Assembly (NCBI GenBank): GCA_964188305.1
Contig: OZ076887.1
Direction: 5' to 3' (one strand)
Source: Podarcis bocagei
Taxonomy: Eukaryota
DNA: 64,000 nt
Part shown: one piece after another, positions 51,206-64,000 of the stretch
How positions within the stretch are numbered: position 1 is the first letter of the stretch
How the letters are laid out: every line of letters starts with the position of its first letter
The notes under the pieces: generated by a model
Database searches by the model: none
What the model was told of the DNA's origin: nothing
The model's input: only the letters and a program-made list of their open reading frames with translations
Translations under genes and position numbers: made by a program

Positions 51206-52908
51206 AGGCAGGCTGAACTTTTTGTGCAGCGAGGTTCCAACACAAATATCATAGTCAGTATAGTAGATATTTTAATCTCTAAATACCATCACTTGGCTTG
51301 GAAGAGTTCCTAAAACAGCTTCTGCTCATTCCTTGTCACACAAGTGTGTGTGTCCACAATTTCTCCTGCCTCCCCTTTCTAATGGCTGACCACCTCACCA
51401 CATTCCGCTCTGGCCTTGAGAGTCAATGGGTGCTTAGGCAAAGCTTGCGTTGGGGTACAGGAAGTGGCACGAGAGGCAGAGAGACAACGAGAGAGAGGCT
51501 GTTCCAGAAGTGAGGCTCTGCTGGTGGGTGTTAGGATTAGGGATCATGGAGAATTTTGCAGTAAGCAAACTTTAATGTGAGCTGTGTGGTATTCCCTTGT
51601 TCGCCAACTATGAGCCAATTGAGTCCCATGCAAGTGTGAGCAATACTTATTGATATCATTTAAAAACCCCCACATACTTAATAATTTCGTAAACCACTTT
51701 GTGGTCTTCTTTTCTTTTTTTACAATCAGACGGTGTATAAATTTTATGAAATAAATAACATTTTTTCTGAATCCAGACCATTATGCTAATGGTATTCTGT
51801 TCATTGTCATTATTTTGGAGGTACTGCCTGATCTGATGTGCTGAAATGTGCAATCCCTTGAACTGCTTTGTTTGAGGTGATCATGGTAGTCTCCCTACCT
51901 GTACAGACCTTACATGAATCTCTGAACTTCTCTCAGAGGTACTTGAGGTAATCCTAGTATTGAAATGGCTCACTAATCTGCAGGATCAGTGTTGCTTAGA
52001 AGTCTGTGCCCTAAGGCAAGAACTATCATGAGCAGACTGAGGATGAGAGGAGGATGGTGGATGGAAGCAAAATAATTACTTATACCATAAATTACTATGC
52101 TGGGTGGGGGATCTTGCATTATCAGTTTTGGATTGGGTCACACTATGTAACTGTAAAGTCTACAGAAGAGAGAGCACAGCACTGCAAGGGTTAAATTAAA
52201 CTATGCAGACAAATGTCGTGACACCTTCCCAGTGTTACCCCCCCCCCCCGTAAAAAAACCAACAACACAATTGAGGATCATTGACTTTAAAAATAGCAAA
52301 TTTTAAAACAAAGTACTTTCTTCAGCTGCATGCAGAAGCCTCATTAGATTCCTAGAAAATATAGAAAGAAGAAAGGAACGTGTCAAAATTAATGCGACAT
52401 TTCAAGACAGGCAAATTACAGTACCTCTGGGGGCATGCAAATGGCTACTTGATGATGGGTAATGAATAACAGTAGCAGTACTGTAAATTATGTGAGTTAT
52501 GCTCGCAACACTGTCAGGAGAATTGAAATCAATAACATTATTTTTGCAAACCACTAGATTGTGCTGAGATCATAAAAGTTTTAACAAAATGTGAACCGCA
52601 ACAGGCCATGTTTGAGTTATGATAACATGATCAAAGGATGAACAGGTATATCTCCTGATATAACAATGGATTAACAATACATTAACCTGCTGGATGAGGC
52701 CGCCTAGTCCAGCGTTCTGTTCTCACAGTCGCTGACCAGATGAAAATTGCCTGCCCTGTTCCCTTAGCAGAAGCTGAATAGAACCGTACTCAGGACAGGA
52801 CTAGAACCAATACCCTGCTGATACTATTCTAAATTGTCTTCGATGCCACAACTGGGATCTACATCAAAATGATGAGTCATAATAAATAATAGCCTCATTT
52901 TTATGTTA

Positions 52909-53060
52909 ATAATACTAATACTAATACTAATACTAATACTAATACTAATATAATTTATTATTTGTACCCCGCCCATCTGGCTGGGTTTCCCCAGCCACTC
53001 TGGGCAGCTTCCAACAAAGATGAAAAATACACTAAAATGTCACATATTAAAAACTTCCCT
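52909..53060 (-). mobile_element. L2-like 3' tail with a (CTAATA)n microsatellite
   Basis: Hexamer array followed by TTTGTACCCCGCCCATCTGGCTGGGTTTCCCCAGCCACTCTGGGCAGCTT. Confidence 0.65.
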
Positions 53061-54341
53061 GTTTAATTTTGGTTTTCCTTTAGAGCAGCTTCATAAAAGC
53101 ACAGCTGTTGGAAGGAGCTTTTATTCTGAGGAAATATTTAAAGGAATCATGTTAGGTTTAGTTCCATAAGAAAATACGTTTTCAGAAGAAGTCCAGTTTC
53201 CCCCTACACTTCTGCAGATAAATAATCTGGGATTATATCAAGAGTTGTAAAAGGGTAAACACATATACGAAGCAGGAAAAATAACATGCAGCAATATGGT
53301 GCCTTTCAAAGAATAGCTTTGGCAATGTGAGATTTTACTGAGGAAAATTGGATGCAACCGTTTGCTTGTCAAAATTTACTAGCCCAGATGGGATTAATAT
53401 TAATGCTGATATAATGCCACTTTGGCTAATGGAGATATCAATAGTAGCAACGTTATGTGTCTGTTTTTAGAATTTCTTTGCTTTGGCTGTGTTGCATAAG
53501 GGTAAACTTGTTATTTTACTGTATTGTTTGGAAATATGTATTTTAAAACAGCATGGGCTAGTTATGTTATTTTATTGGCCATTTCATTTCGAATAAACAG
53601 TATACATTTTAGCATGACTTTTGCTAGAAGCTAAAAGTTGGATTTCTGAGATTTCCCCCCTCCCCTTTTTTGCATGCTTTAAATGAGTAGGTGGGCATAT
53701 ATGCACAGAGCTTTACAGAGTTGTGGTTCATCTTCTGCTATATTGCTTTTGTCATAAAACCTATGCATGCGCTAACTCTGTTATATACACTAAAGATCCT
53801 ATATCTGCTCCAAGTTGGTGGATAGGAGTCTATGCATATTTTTTACATTTGTATATCAAGGAGCGTTATGAAAATGATTGTTGAGAAAAGAAAATGAGGT
53901 TATGGATTATGGTAGTGATGATGACACTGATATTTAGGCAAATCAGAGCAAGTTGGGAATGTGATACTGTCCTTCAAAGCCCCTGTATGTTTGCCACTGG
54001 TGGCAAAAAATACCCAGATACATAAACCCGCTGGAAATTCCCTAACTGCAGTATGACAGTGAGCAATGCTAACGGATCATTCACAGATCAGTTTTCAGTA
54101 CAACATACTATGGAATTGTACGCACATTGGATTTTTTCTTCAGCAGAACTAAAAACGTTTGAGATTAGCATTTTTAAAAGTTTAGACAGTTTTGAACTGT
54201 ACAGCTTTCATCTCATCATAACCTTTATAGTCCCTAGAAATACCTCCCTGACCTTGCTGGAAGGTAGTAATGAATCTGTAATTAAAGTACCGGTAATAGG
54301 TTTTCAAAGTAGAAGATAACAGTGCCATTGCCACCTTTTTT

Positions 54342-54356
54342 CCACCAGGGGGCAGT
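54342..54356 (+). promoter_or_regulatory. Candidate CTCF binding site
   Basis: CCACCAGGGGGCAGT closely matches the CTCF core consensus and lies in sequence I could not assign to a repeat. Confidence 0.55.
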
Positions 54357-55089
54357 GTTGTAACGCTATAGAAGCAACCCAAGATTATTTGCAGATTACT
54401 GGTGCACTTTTCACATGAAACTTCAAAGTGGGAGCTCATTTATTAAGTTCAAATAGCTAGCTTTGATTCCTGCAGAATGGGGGGGGGGGGAGGAGACTGA
54501 GAGAAATAACAGATACATCTTCACAATTACACTCCTCTTTGATATTGGGCTGCTTCTGTCTTTTGAAGGCCCGTTTTTCAGAACAATGATCTTTTGTTTC
54601 AAATTACAGTATATTTTGGTGTTGATTCTGCCTTAATATCCACCTTGCAATAACACTGTCATCTTAGCAATAATAGATGAGAATGGGTAATGGGGGTGTT
54701 GCATTTTAAATCTTTAATATTTTACTGGTTATTCATACGCTATCTATTTGCAGTTCTTTGTGATCAGGCTCACACAATTTCAGGGAAGGAAATGACTGGT
54801 TTAAAATCAGGTTACCCTATTGGGTGACTTTTTGGAAACGATTGCAGTGTAGAAAAATCTGAGATGGTGTTGGAAAGAAGCCTCTGTTTATTGGATTTAA
54901 AATCTTTCCTGTCTTACGTTAGCGATTTGCAACTGGATACAGAGGGATACATAGCCGTGATGGTCTTCACCTGGTTGGATTGAGAACGAGAAGTGGGTCA
55001 CAACCCAATTTAGCAGGGTGTGTGCGTGCCTGTCTCAGTGGTCCTAGTATTGTGTTCTTTTTGTTGCATTTAGTCACCCTACTTCAGTA

Positions 55090-55315
55090 CAGTGGTACCT
55101 CGGGTTACATACGCTTCAGGTTACAGACTCTGCTAACCCAGAAATAGTGCTTCAGGTTAAGAACTTTGCTTCAGGATAAGAACAGAAATTGGGCTCCGGC
55201 GGCGCGGCGGCAGCAGGAGGCCCCATTAGCTAAAGTGGTGCTTCAGGTTAAGAACAGTTTCAGGTTAAGTACGGACCTCCGGAACAAGTTAAGTACTTAA
55301 CCCAAGGTACCACTG
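55090..55315. mobile_element. Tc1/mariner MITE
   Basis: TA TSDs; TIR CAGTGGTACCTCGGGTTA / TAACCCAAGGTACCACTG. Confidence 0.92.
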
Positions 55316-57379
55316 TATGTGTGTTTTATTTATTTATTTGGGTGGGGGCAGGGTGACCCAGCTTTAACCTTGTGCCACATCTCTAATTGCTATAGGCAAC
55401 ACTATATATCTAGTATAACACCCCCTTTTTTCATGAGCAACTTTGGCTTATAATTAGGCAGCAGAACTCATTTCTCACTTAAATTACTCGTGTTGAACGC
55501 TGAAGTAATTTTAAAAGAAGCTTTTCGAGCAGTTCCTTAAAATATTACATTTCTACTCTACCATGCAGCACAAAAGAAATGGCTTTGTATCAAAAATAAA
55601 CAAACCCAAGTTGTAAAATGACCGTATTGCAATCACAGTACTGGTTAAGCGAGTTTATTGTGGAAACATCACTGCCCTTGGCGACGTGGAGGGAGGCACA
55701 AAGTGAGTGCACTCTGGGTCCTCTAAGCAAGAATGCATTTCCTAATGCCAATTGACGTGAGAGAGCACTAGAATAACATTTGTGCCAAAGCACCTTTGAA
55801 CATCTTGGGCTTGGATCAGCTGGTGAATGGCTAATGACTCCTCCTCAATGAATGGACCACTTCAGGGTTATCTGGCCGCATTATCAAAACAAACAATGTT
55901 TTGATTTTGAATCTGCTATGGATATTTATATGACGACCAAATTGCAGCACTGACTCAGAATGGATATGATACCACTTTCGGCACTGAAGGAGCCCCTTCT
56001 GCTTGCACGCCCTGCAGCACAGAGGCCCCTTCAACTGGGGGCAATTGGAGTGCAATTTATGTAGATGAGTTCCTTTTTAATGCCAGCCTCCTATAATATC
56101 CAGCATCCTCTTCCTGTGCTTTTTCCTTTCCTGCCGGCTTGGGCCTGTTAAGCTCAGGAGTGCAACTTTTTACAGGAAGACCAATTCTTAGCTTGGTGGC
56201 ACCCCAGGTATGGAACTTACTTGCTACCTATCCCCATGCTCAGGCATCAGCTAAATGCTTGTTTGTTCCTGTAGGCCCCTTCAGAACAAACATGAACATG
56301 ATGTTACCTGTGTAATCTGCCCAACTTTCTGCTCTCTGTTGTAGCTGTTGATTTTTTGGGGTTTAATTGTGATTTTAAGAGTGTTTTAAATAGCTGTTTT
56401 TTTAATTATGGCTGTTAACTTCCCTTGACTTTTTTGAGAAGAAGGGCAGCCAGAGGTGACTGGAAACTACTGGGCCTGATGGCGTGGCCAAGGGGGTTGC
56501 TAGAGGCAGGACCAATTTATTCTCATTTCCAAGGGAGAGGGCAAAGTTTCTGATGAGATTGGTGGTGGTGGAGGAATTTTGAGAGAGTTGGTAGGGGGAG
56601 ACTGTTGTTCTCTCTTGATTATTTGTGGATTAGGAGCATTATGCTTATCAACCATTCTTTCCCCCAATAATTATCTATTTATATTATTTTTAAAACACCT
56701 GACCCTGCCTTTTCTTTTACTCTTAAATACAATTAGCACTTTACTGGCAGTTGAGGAAAAGACCCTAGGCAGCTGTTTCCCATCAGGAAGCAACAGCTGG
56801 TAATGGCTCCTGGAAAAGTGTTACCCTTAGCACTTACCCTGTCATCTGTTGTGCTTGTGTTGCTGCTGCTCAGGCAACATGCAGAGATGGAGTTCTAGCG
56901 TTTGTGCACACATTACTATTCACTCAGTGGAGATGTGGTTTACATAGGCGCTCCAGAGAAGGGACACAGCTCATGTTTTGAATGCAAAAACAGCAACAGC
57001 TCTGGTTAAAAGGATCTCAGGTGGCCAGGCTGGGAAAAGCTTCTGCCCGAGACCCTTAAGAGTTGCTGTCGCTCAGTTCTGGGCTAGAATTGCCAGTGAT
57101 CCGCCTGAGGATACGGTCGCTTCATTTGTTCATGTGGGTAATCATTGCTTGTGGTGTTTACAAGTTAAGCTGAACAACAACTCAGCGGTCGTTTCAAGAT
57201 TTTTGGAGAGACAGTCATGAAGACCTCACCTGTATCTTGAAAGTAAATGTGATCAGCATCATATTTTATCTACTTCAAGTTGCGCTTTGCACTTCTGCAG
57301 CTTTTGTCCACATTCAGAAGACTCGAAGGTTCATTTTTTTTCTTTTTACACTGGGCATTTGTTAATATATGTGATATAC

Positions 57380-57630
57380 AGGCAGTCAAGTGACCAGAGG
57401 AGAAATGACCGCTGGGAGGAGCACAGAGAGAAGAAACGCCATGGTTCATCGGCAGCAGCACAACCGTATGCCTTCATCTGTCCCAGCTGCAACAAAACAT
57501 GTCTCCGCCACATTGATCTCTACAACCACAGCAGGAGCTGCAACTGTCCAACAGATTGAACTCACCCCCAAAGGTTCACTTCTCTGTTGTCTCCCAAGAC
57601 AGATGGATGCTAACTCAAAAAACTCAAACT
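57380..57630 (+). mobile_element. RTE-clade LINE 3' end with a C-terminal zinc-finger remnant
   Basis: Encodes ...FICPSCNKTCLRHIDLYNHSRSC, then a short UTR ending GTCTCCCAAGACAGATGGATGC. Confidence 0.72.
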
Positions 57631-57693
57631 GTGATCAGAAACTATTGATGCATTTATGTTATGTTTACTCTACAAAGCTGCTTCATAGCATTA

Positions 57694-58043
57694 AAAAGGT
57701 AAAGGGACCCCTGACCATTAGGTCCAGTCATGACAGACTCTGGGGTTGCGGCGCTCATCTCACTTTATTGGCCGAGGGAGCCAGCATACAGCTTCTGGGT
57801 TATGTGGCCTGCATGACTAAGCCGCTTCTGGCGAACCAAAGCAGCGCACAGAAACACCGTTTACCTTCCCGCCGGAGCGGTACCTATTTATCTACTTGCA
57901 CTTCATGCTTTCGAACTGCTAGGTTGGCAGGAGCAGGGACCGAGCAATGGGAGCTCACCCCGTCACGGGGATTCGAACCACTGACCTTCTGATTGGCAAG
58001 TCCTAGGCTCTGTGGTTTAACCCACAGCGCCACCCGTGTCCCA
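57694..58043 (-). mobile_element. Full-length Sauria SINE
   Basis: 13-bp TSD CTTCATAGCATTA at 57681-57693 and 58044-58056. Confidence 0.94.
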
Positions 58044-61000
58044 CTTCATAGCATTAGGACTGAACATAAAATAGAGAAGAATGAAAGCATTGAAATGATT
58101 GCAGTCATCCAGAATTCTGCATAAATACATCTTGGAAACTTTGTCCTCTCAGTACAGGTGAAATTAATATAAAATTTATTCAAACAGTTCCAGGCATTAG
58201 TATGAAAGGAAACAAATGCTCCTGGGATTAATCTAGATTCGTTTTACTTGACCTATGCTAGTTGTTTGTTTTCTGGACTTGAGACAGCTGTACAGCATGC
58301 ATGTGTAGCCGAAAACCTCCACAAACTGAGTAAAGCATCTCTCCTGATCTGTGGAATGATGGCATGAAATATTTGTTGTGTGAAATATTATTTTCTGTAA
58401 GAATCAATACAGTTCTCTTGGACAACAATTTGTTTCAGCACTTATTTGGTGCAATGTATTGAATTATGCACCCATTTGTCTCTGTAGTATGACTCTCCAT
58501 TTTGTTTGTTAGTAATGAAAAAAGTGTCATATTAGTCATTGTTGTATGGTTATTCTTTCATATATTTCCAAATTCACTGTATTGATTTACCTGTATCAGA
58601 GCTCTGCAAATGCCAGTCATTGATCCAGTGTTATGTATTATAGTACCTTCTTTCAAGCCAAGGTCACTCTGATTCTTATCTTATTCTTTGTCGACTTTGA
58701 CTCATGAGCTATTTTTGCAGCCGATACGGAATGGAGTGCAGGTATGTGTTGTTAAAATGAATAATAAAGCGCCGCCTCCATCCCAGTTGTAAGTCTGCAA
58801 TCGAAGGTTATTTTAAGGTGTTTTTAGCGGTGAGTGGCGGCGGCCTTCACATTCAAGCCTTTAGCACAGACTACAGCAATGTTTCCAAATGTTTCTCTGA
58901 AAAAGGTTTATAAACTATATGGAGAGAGAAAAAGGGAGAGAAATTTGGATTCATCACATTGAAATAACTGGGCAGTTGGATTCTAGTCCCCCTCAAAATG
59001 GAGTATTTTTTCTGTACTACATAATTGGCTTTTTGGCTTCATGTTCACAAGCTACAGTGATAGGCACCAGGCTCAAAGGCTTTTTAATAAAAAAAGAGGT
59101 TAGATGAATTCATTATAGATCGATATGCAGTGCACTTTTGATTGCCACATGCTGAGGGCAAGTAAGAATAAATGGCTATCACACTCAAACCCGGTTTCTG
59201 AGCTTTCTGCTGCAATCTGACATTTTTTTCTGGCTAAATGGACCCTTTGATCTGTTGCAGAATAGCAATTCTTAAGATTTCATTGCTTAATAGTTCAAAA
59301 TCTCTTTAAGACCAGTCTCTGGAACTAACGGGCGTATCTGTCAACCAAAGATATATAGTAATATATTATTCATAGCTAGCTTTCAAAAGATGCAGAAAAG
59401 ACTTCCCTAATAGAAGAAGATTATGATTTAGGGACAACTCATCTATTACAATTGTCTGCCTATCTGAGCCCACAGAAGGAGCATGCAGATCAGACAGAGC
59501 TTGCAAGTAAAACAAGGAACGCCTTTTCCGCAATAATCAAATGCAAGTTTTGCGAACAGGTTTTGTTTGGCTTGATGGTGAGAACTAATGGGTTTAAGGC
59601 AACCCATGTGTCTTCACCCAAAAGGTGGATTTTGTGGAGAGAATGTAGAGAAGGGAGGGGAGAGGCAGTGTAGACACTTTTGGGAAGCAAGTTATAGATC
59701 TAGTGGACTGCAAGGGAGAATTTGGATGGTTGGTAGAGGTGGGAAAAGTGAAGGCCACCATGAGGTAAAAAAAAACTTGGGAAGTATGGACACATTCTTA
59801 AAATGCCTGTCTATGCAAAGGAGTTTTCTTCTTTGTTCATCCACCAACAGTAATCATATTGTGCAGAGCTGAATAGGTACTCTTTCTTTTCTAGCTGATA
59901 ATCTCTGCTACTGTGTCTGGCTTCTCCCTGCACCCCTAAAAAGCAGATTTTCTTGAGTTTTCTTTTACAAAACCATTTTAGCCATTTAGGAAAGCTCAGC
60001 AAAGTTAATGGAAAAGATACAAAGACTTTTCATAGTGCTGTCATGTGTCCTTTCCTGGTTGTTCCTTTCTGCTTTCAGGTGCTTAGGAGAAAGCCTATGT
60101 TGTTATTGCTTTCCTGTCAAATAAAGATGAGATTAAAGCCTTGAAACTATTTGCAGAAACCTCTGGAATTTCAAATATAATTAACTTTCTCCTCTTGAAA
60201 GAGTTCATGACATATATTTATTGCAAGAAGTTTAAGGAGTGCCCAGATTTAAGTCCTGAAAATGAAGCAGTTTGAAATGAATTCAGCTTATTATTCAGAG
60301 CACCAAGGTTTAAAGTCATAAACATATTAAAAATTATATCTCTGAACCTCTAGAATGATTTTGAAAAAGGCACAATATTTAAATTTGTAAGTTCTATTAG
60401 AAAACGAATCTTGCTACATTACACCCTGTATTAATTAGGTTATAGTTGGTGTCATTGGTTCTGATGCAGTTTGCCTAATATTACTAGAAATACTAGGGAA
60501 ACAGAGCTTGTAAATTAAGTAAATATGCATGACTCATTCCAATGGCAGAATTCACATTTTCTCATCCCAGGAACTGGTATGTGTTCTCTTCCACACTTTT
60601 AGCTCAAGGATTCCTGGTTATTAGGACAGGGGGAGCTGCATAATATTTTGTTGGGCCACTGATCCATCCAATCTTGTACTGTATATTCTGATTGACTTTA
60701 CAGGGTGTTTGGCAGAGGTCTTTCACAGCTGGTGGACTCATCCCGTAGGGCGAGGCTTACATGTACAAAGCAAGTTGTCCACCATTAAAGCGTTGCTCAT
60801 CCCTCATTATATGGTACCTTTTAAGTATTTATATGAACAGTAAGAAGAGCTTATAAAATAAAGATGAGAAGAAATTTAACAAGGTGGTTATTTAAAAAAC
60901 CACTCCCAGTTTTGATAAGGTGGAATCCCTCTTGCATTTCAGACTGGTACAAGTTCACTTTTTTATGCAAGAAAGGAGTGAGACAGCAGTAACTGGAAGC

Positions 61001-64000
61001 ATTGCTGTTTGTGGCAAATGATTACTCCAGTATACATATTCCAAATTTGGTTGCTAAAATAGTAAGCAATTAGAGTTTACAATGTGTATGCCTTTTAAAT
61101 TGAGTTATTTTGTGTTCAATCTTGTTTGCAGATAGAAAAGGTGAAACAGCCTGCCATGAAAACCTTCTGCCTAATTGACTTAGACTGTTTGTTGACACAC
61201 ACAAAGAATTGAATTTTGCACACAGAATTGAATATATGTAGTTAATACTCTGTGAAAGTGCAACAGTTATTCATTGGCTGTCAAACAGTTAACACTGACA
61301 CAGGGAGGGTGCTGTGCCCTTTTGACACTTGAGCAATAGCCCCTTTTCTAAATTTGGAAGATGCATAAATAAATTAGAATCACCATCCAACTGAATACTG
61401 GGTCTCTTGGATATGAGTTGGGCTAGTGGTGTTTTCTGGATGATTTTCTCCTTTTCTGTTTTGAGGAGCAGTATTTTTAATCAGTTCCTAAAATTCAGAT
61501 AGCTAGCAAATAAAAAATTAGTGTGGTCCCTTAAGCATGTTTCATTATCTTGATCTTCATCTAAACTGCATATTTTGCAAGACATCTGTGATTGGATTTC
61601 CCAATTTAGTTTTCTTAAAAGTAGTAATGCACCCCCATTTCTTTGGATACTTATTACTTAATTTTAATGATTAATGATTATTCACATTGTGTCTATATGT
61701 TTCCCTTCTGTAACTAATAGCCACTCTAGAAGATGACTATTTGATTGGGTAATCAGTATAGGGATAAAGGGTAATCAGTATAGGGATATTATTTTATATT
61801 CTACAACCCCAATCTAAATTGACTCCTCCCATGCCTGCTTTAAGGACAAGAAAAATATGCCAGGTGATTCAGTCATACACACACAGATAGAGATTCTATT
61901 TGGATGTGCATGAAAGTTGAAGTGGATGAAAAGCCACTGTTATGTTGTGAGAACCATTGATATAGAATATGGGCTGCAACGAAAACTAAAACCTAGTAAA
62001 AAAATATGAGTCAAAAAAGCTAGATCACCATTTGCATCCATGCATCTCATATTTTTGCTTTTCATGAATAAATCTGTAAGAAAAGTCTCAAATATTTCTG
62101 TGGCTGTTTTAAGTTGACATGCTACATAGGTTTCAATGCAAATATGAATTCACACAAATGCTTGTGAAGATGACAATTCTACATATATTTTGGAGTAATA
62201 AAAATGTTGGGCCCACCAAGCAACCGTATGTTAAATGGCCAAATGATTTGGAAGTATGACAGGCACAGTGTGAAGTATAAACCGAATATAAACTGAAGTG
62301 TATTCACAGAAACGATAACTGAACTGTTTTAGCTCATGACCCTGTTTATAAGCATGAAAGTCTATAGATAAGAATGCAGAAATAGCTTTAATAAGGCAGA
62401 CAGATGGCCTATCAGGCAAAGTATTTTGAGTATCCAGTCAGTGCTGATGTAGTAGGATTCCCATTATCCACAGTCCAGTTATCTGGAACATGTCTGCACC
62501 CCCACAAAGAGATGCGATTAGAATCAGCTTGGATAATATCCCCAGGCCATTGGACAAAGTACTGTACTGCATTCCTTTAATGGAAAGAAATTACAGCAAA
62601 CAGTCTACTACAGAATTAAACTCATTTTTCTTAGAAGTCTTGATATTCTTGGATGCATAGATTAGTCTGTGTCACATTTCCATTACTGTTTGATGAGAAT
62701 GCAGGAAGAAAACACAAGAAACAATATATGGAGAAAATTGTGACGCAGTTTTAGGGCCTCTGGTCTGGTCATGATTCACAAGCATCTTCGCCAAAAAGGG
62801 ATGAGGCTATTCCTTAATCAGGTTGACTCCTCCTACTGACCTTGACAGGCAGGATCTTTAGAGCTCTTCACCACATCTGCAGTGATTCCAGATTGTTGCC
62901 TTCTTAGTGTGAAGTATGGTGGTTGATGTAAGCGGAAATGAGACTATACCTTTAAGGGTTCTTCCATAACCAGTTTGGGAGATTAGGCCCAAACAGTGAA
63001 CATTACAGTTGGTAGGCATGCAGAAAACTTTCAGATAAACATGAAGATTGGTGTAATGGCAAGTGCCATATTTTGTAATGCAGCGGTGTGTGTGTGGGTG
63101 TGTGTGTGGGTGTGTGTGGTTTGGCCTCCAGGGTAAACTAGAAATCCGGGTCAAACCCTGCTTAGCTTCAGGCTCAGTTTGCAGTGAGCTCCATGCTATA
63201 TCATATAAAGCTCCTCAACACCAGTTCTCCCTGTCTTTAAACCCTCTTCTGAAACTTATGTGAAAAAAGTGGGAAGCCTTGCAGCTGTAGTAGCCTTAAG
63301 TCCAGGCCTGGGTGTTCCTGTTGTTGGAGGGAAGCACTCATAGAGATATACAGCTTGTTAGTCTTGAGGCCTCGTTATCCCCCCTGCCCCATGCCACAGT
63401 AAGTTTGAGGAAAGAAGGTAAGAGCTACAGCAAAGGGGAGTTCTCTGTTTGAGCCTAAATCAAGTTTATGTGGCCCAAATCAAATTGAGCCCAAAGTTAA
63501 CTAGTGTGAATCAAGCACATTCCAAACAGACTAGGGAGCTTCCTTGTGACTAGTAATGACCATGTACTCAACCATTTTGTGATGGTCCTTCTCCAGTGGT
63601 AATTGTGTTCACAGAGGCACTGATGATCCCTCAAGCAGAAGAGATCAGTGACTTACCTTTTGATAGTTTCTAGGAGAAGAGGTTTTGGGGGGTCTTTTGC
63701 CCAGGTTCTCCAAAGGAAGTATTACCTTCCTCTTATATTTATTACAAATCTCCCTCGGTAGGAGCATAAAAAAAAGCTTGGTGGGGCATGCAGACCGAAA
63801 CGCAAATGTCTAGAACATCATTACCGAATATTGGTTTGCACTACTTTCCTCTTAGATTTATGAATGTTCTGTGAGTTTTAAATTTGGATTATTATTTTTT
63901 GCTTATTTCAGTCATACACTCACCTGAGATCTAGGAAGTGCACATAATATAGCAAATAAACAATATAATAGTTTACTTGGTCAGTAGTGTTTTGTTCTGG

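Noticed and set aside
57390-57992. 200-aa ORF
   Set aside because: It is a chance read-through across an RTE remnant and an antisense Sauria SINE.
34972-64000. Search for DISC1 exon 10 or a nested gene
   Set aside because: No convincing match found by eye. The short ORFs lack recognisable domains, and intron 9 is very long in human.

Overview
Eukaryotic (vertebrate) genomic DNA, almost certainly from a squamate and probably a lacertid lizard, judged from Sauria SINEs, Squam3-like SINEs, BovB and CR1 content. The window lies inside the DISC1 gene on the + strand. Six consecutive coding exons (equivalent to human exons 4-9) have canonical AG/GT ends and consistent phases; the rest is intron. 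I did not find exon 3 or exon 10. The introns hold many transposons: a very young antisense CR1 LINE with an intact 973-codon ORF2 and the 3' part of ORF1, two near-identical truncated copies, nested TE stacks, Tc1/mariner and hAT MITEs, and RTE/BovB, L1 and L2 fragments. There is one 174-N assembly gap. No prokaryotic-type system or CRISPR array is present. Best leads: (1) a correctly phased U_UUA_AAC -1 frameshift heptamer at the CR1 ORF1/ORF2 junction; (2) a candidate in-frame 21-nt DISC1 microexon in intron 9; (3) proline at the position equivalent to human DISC1 L607; (4) two hairpins flanking exon 9. Family names and human comparisons come from recalled knowledge, not from database searches.
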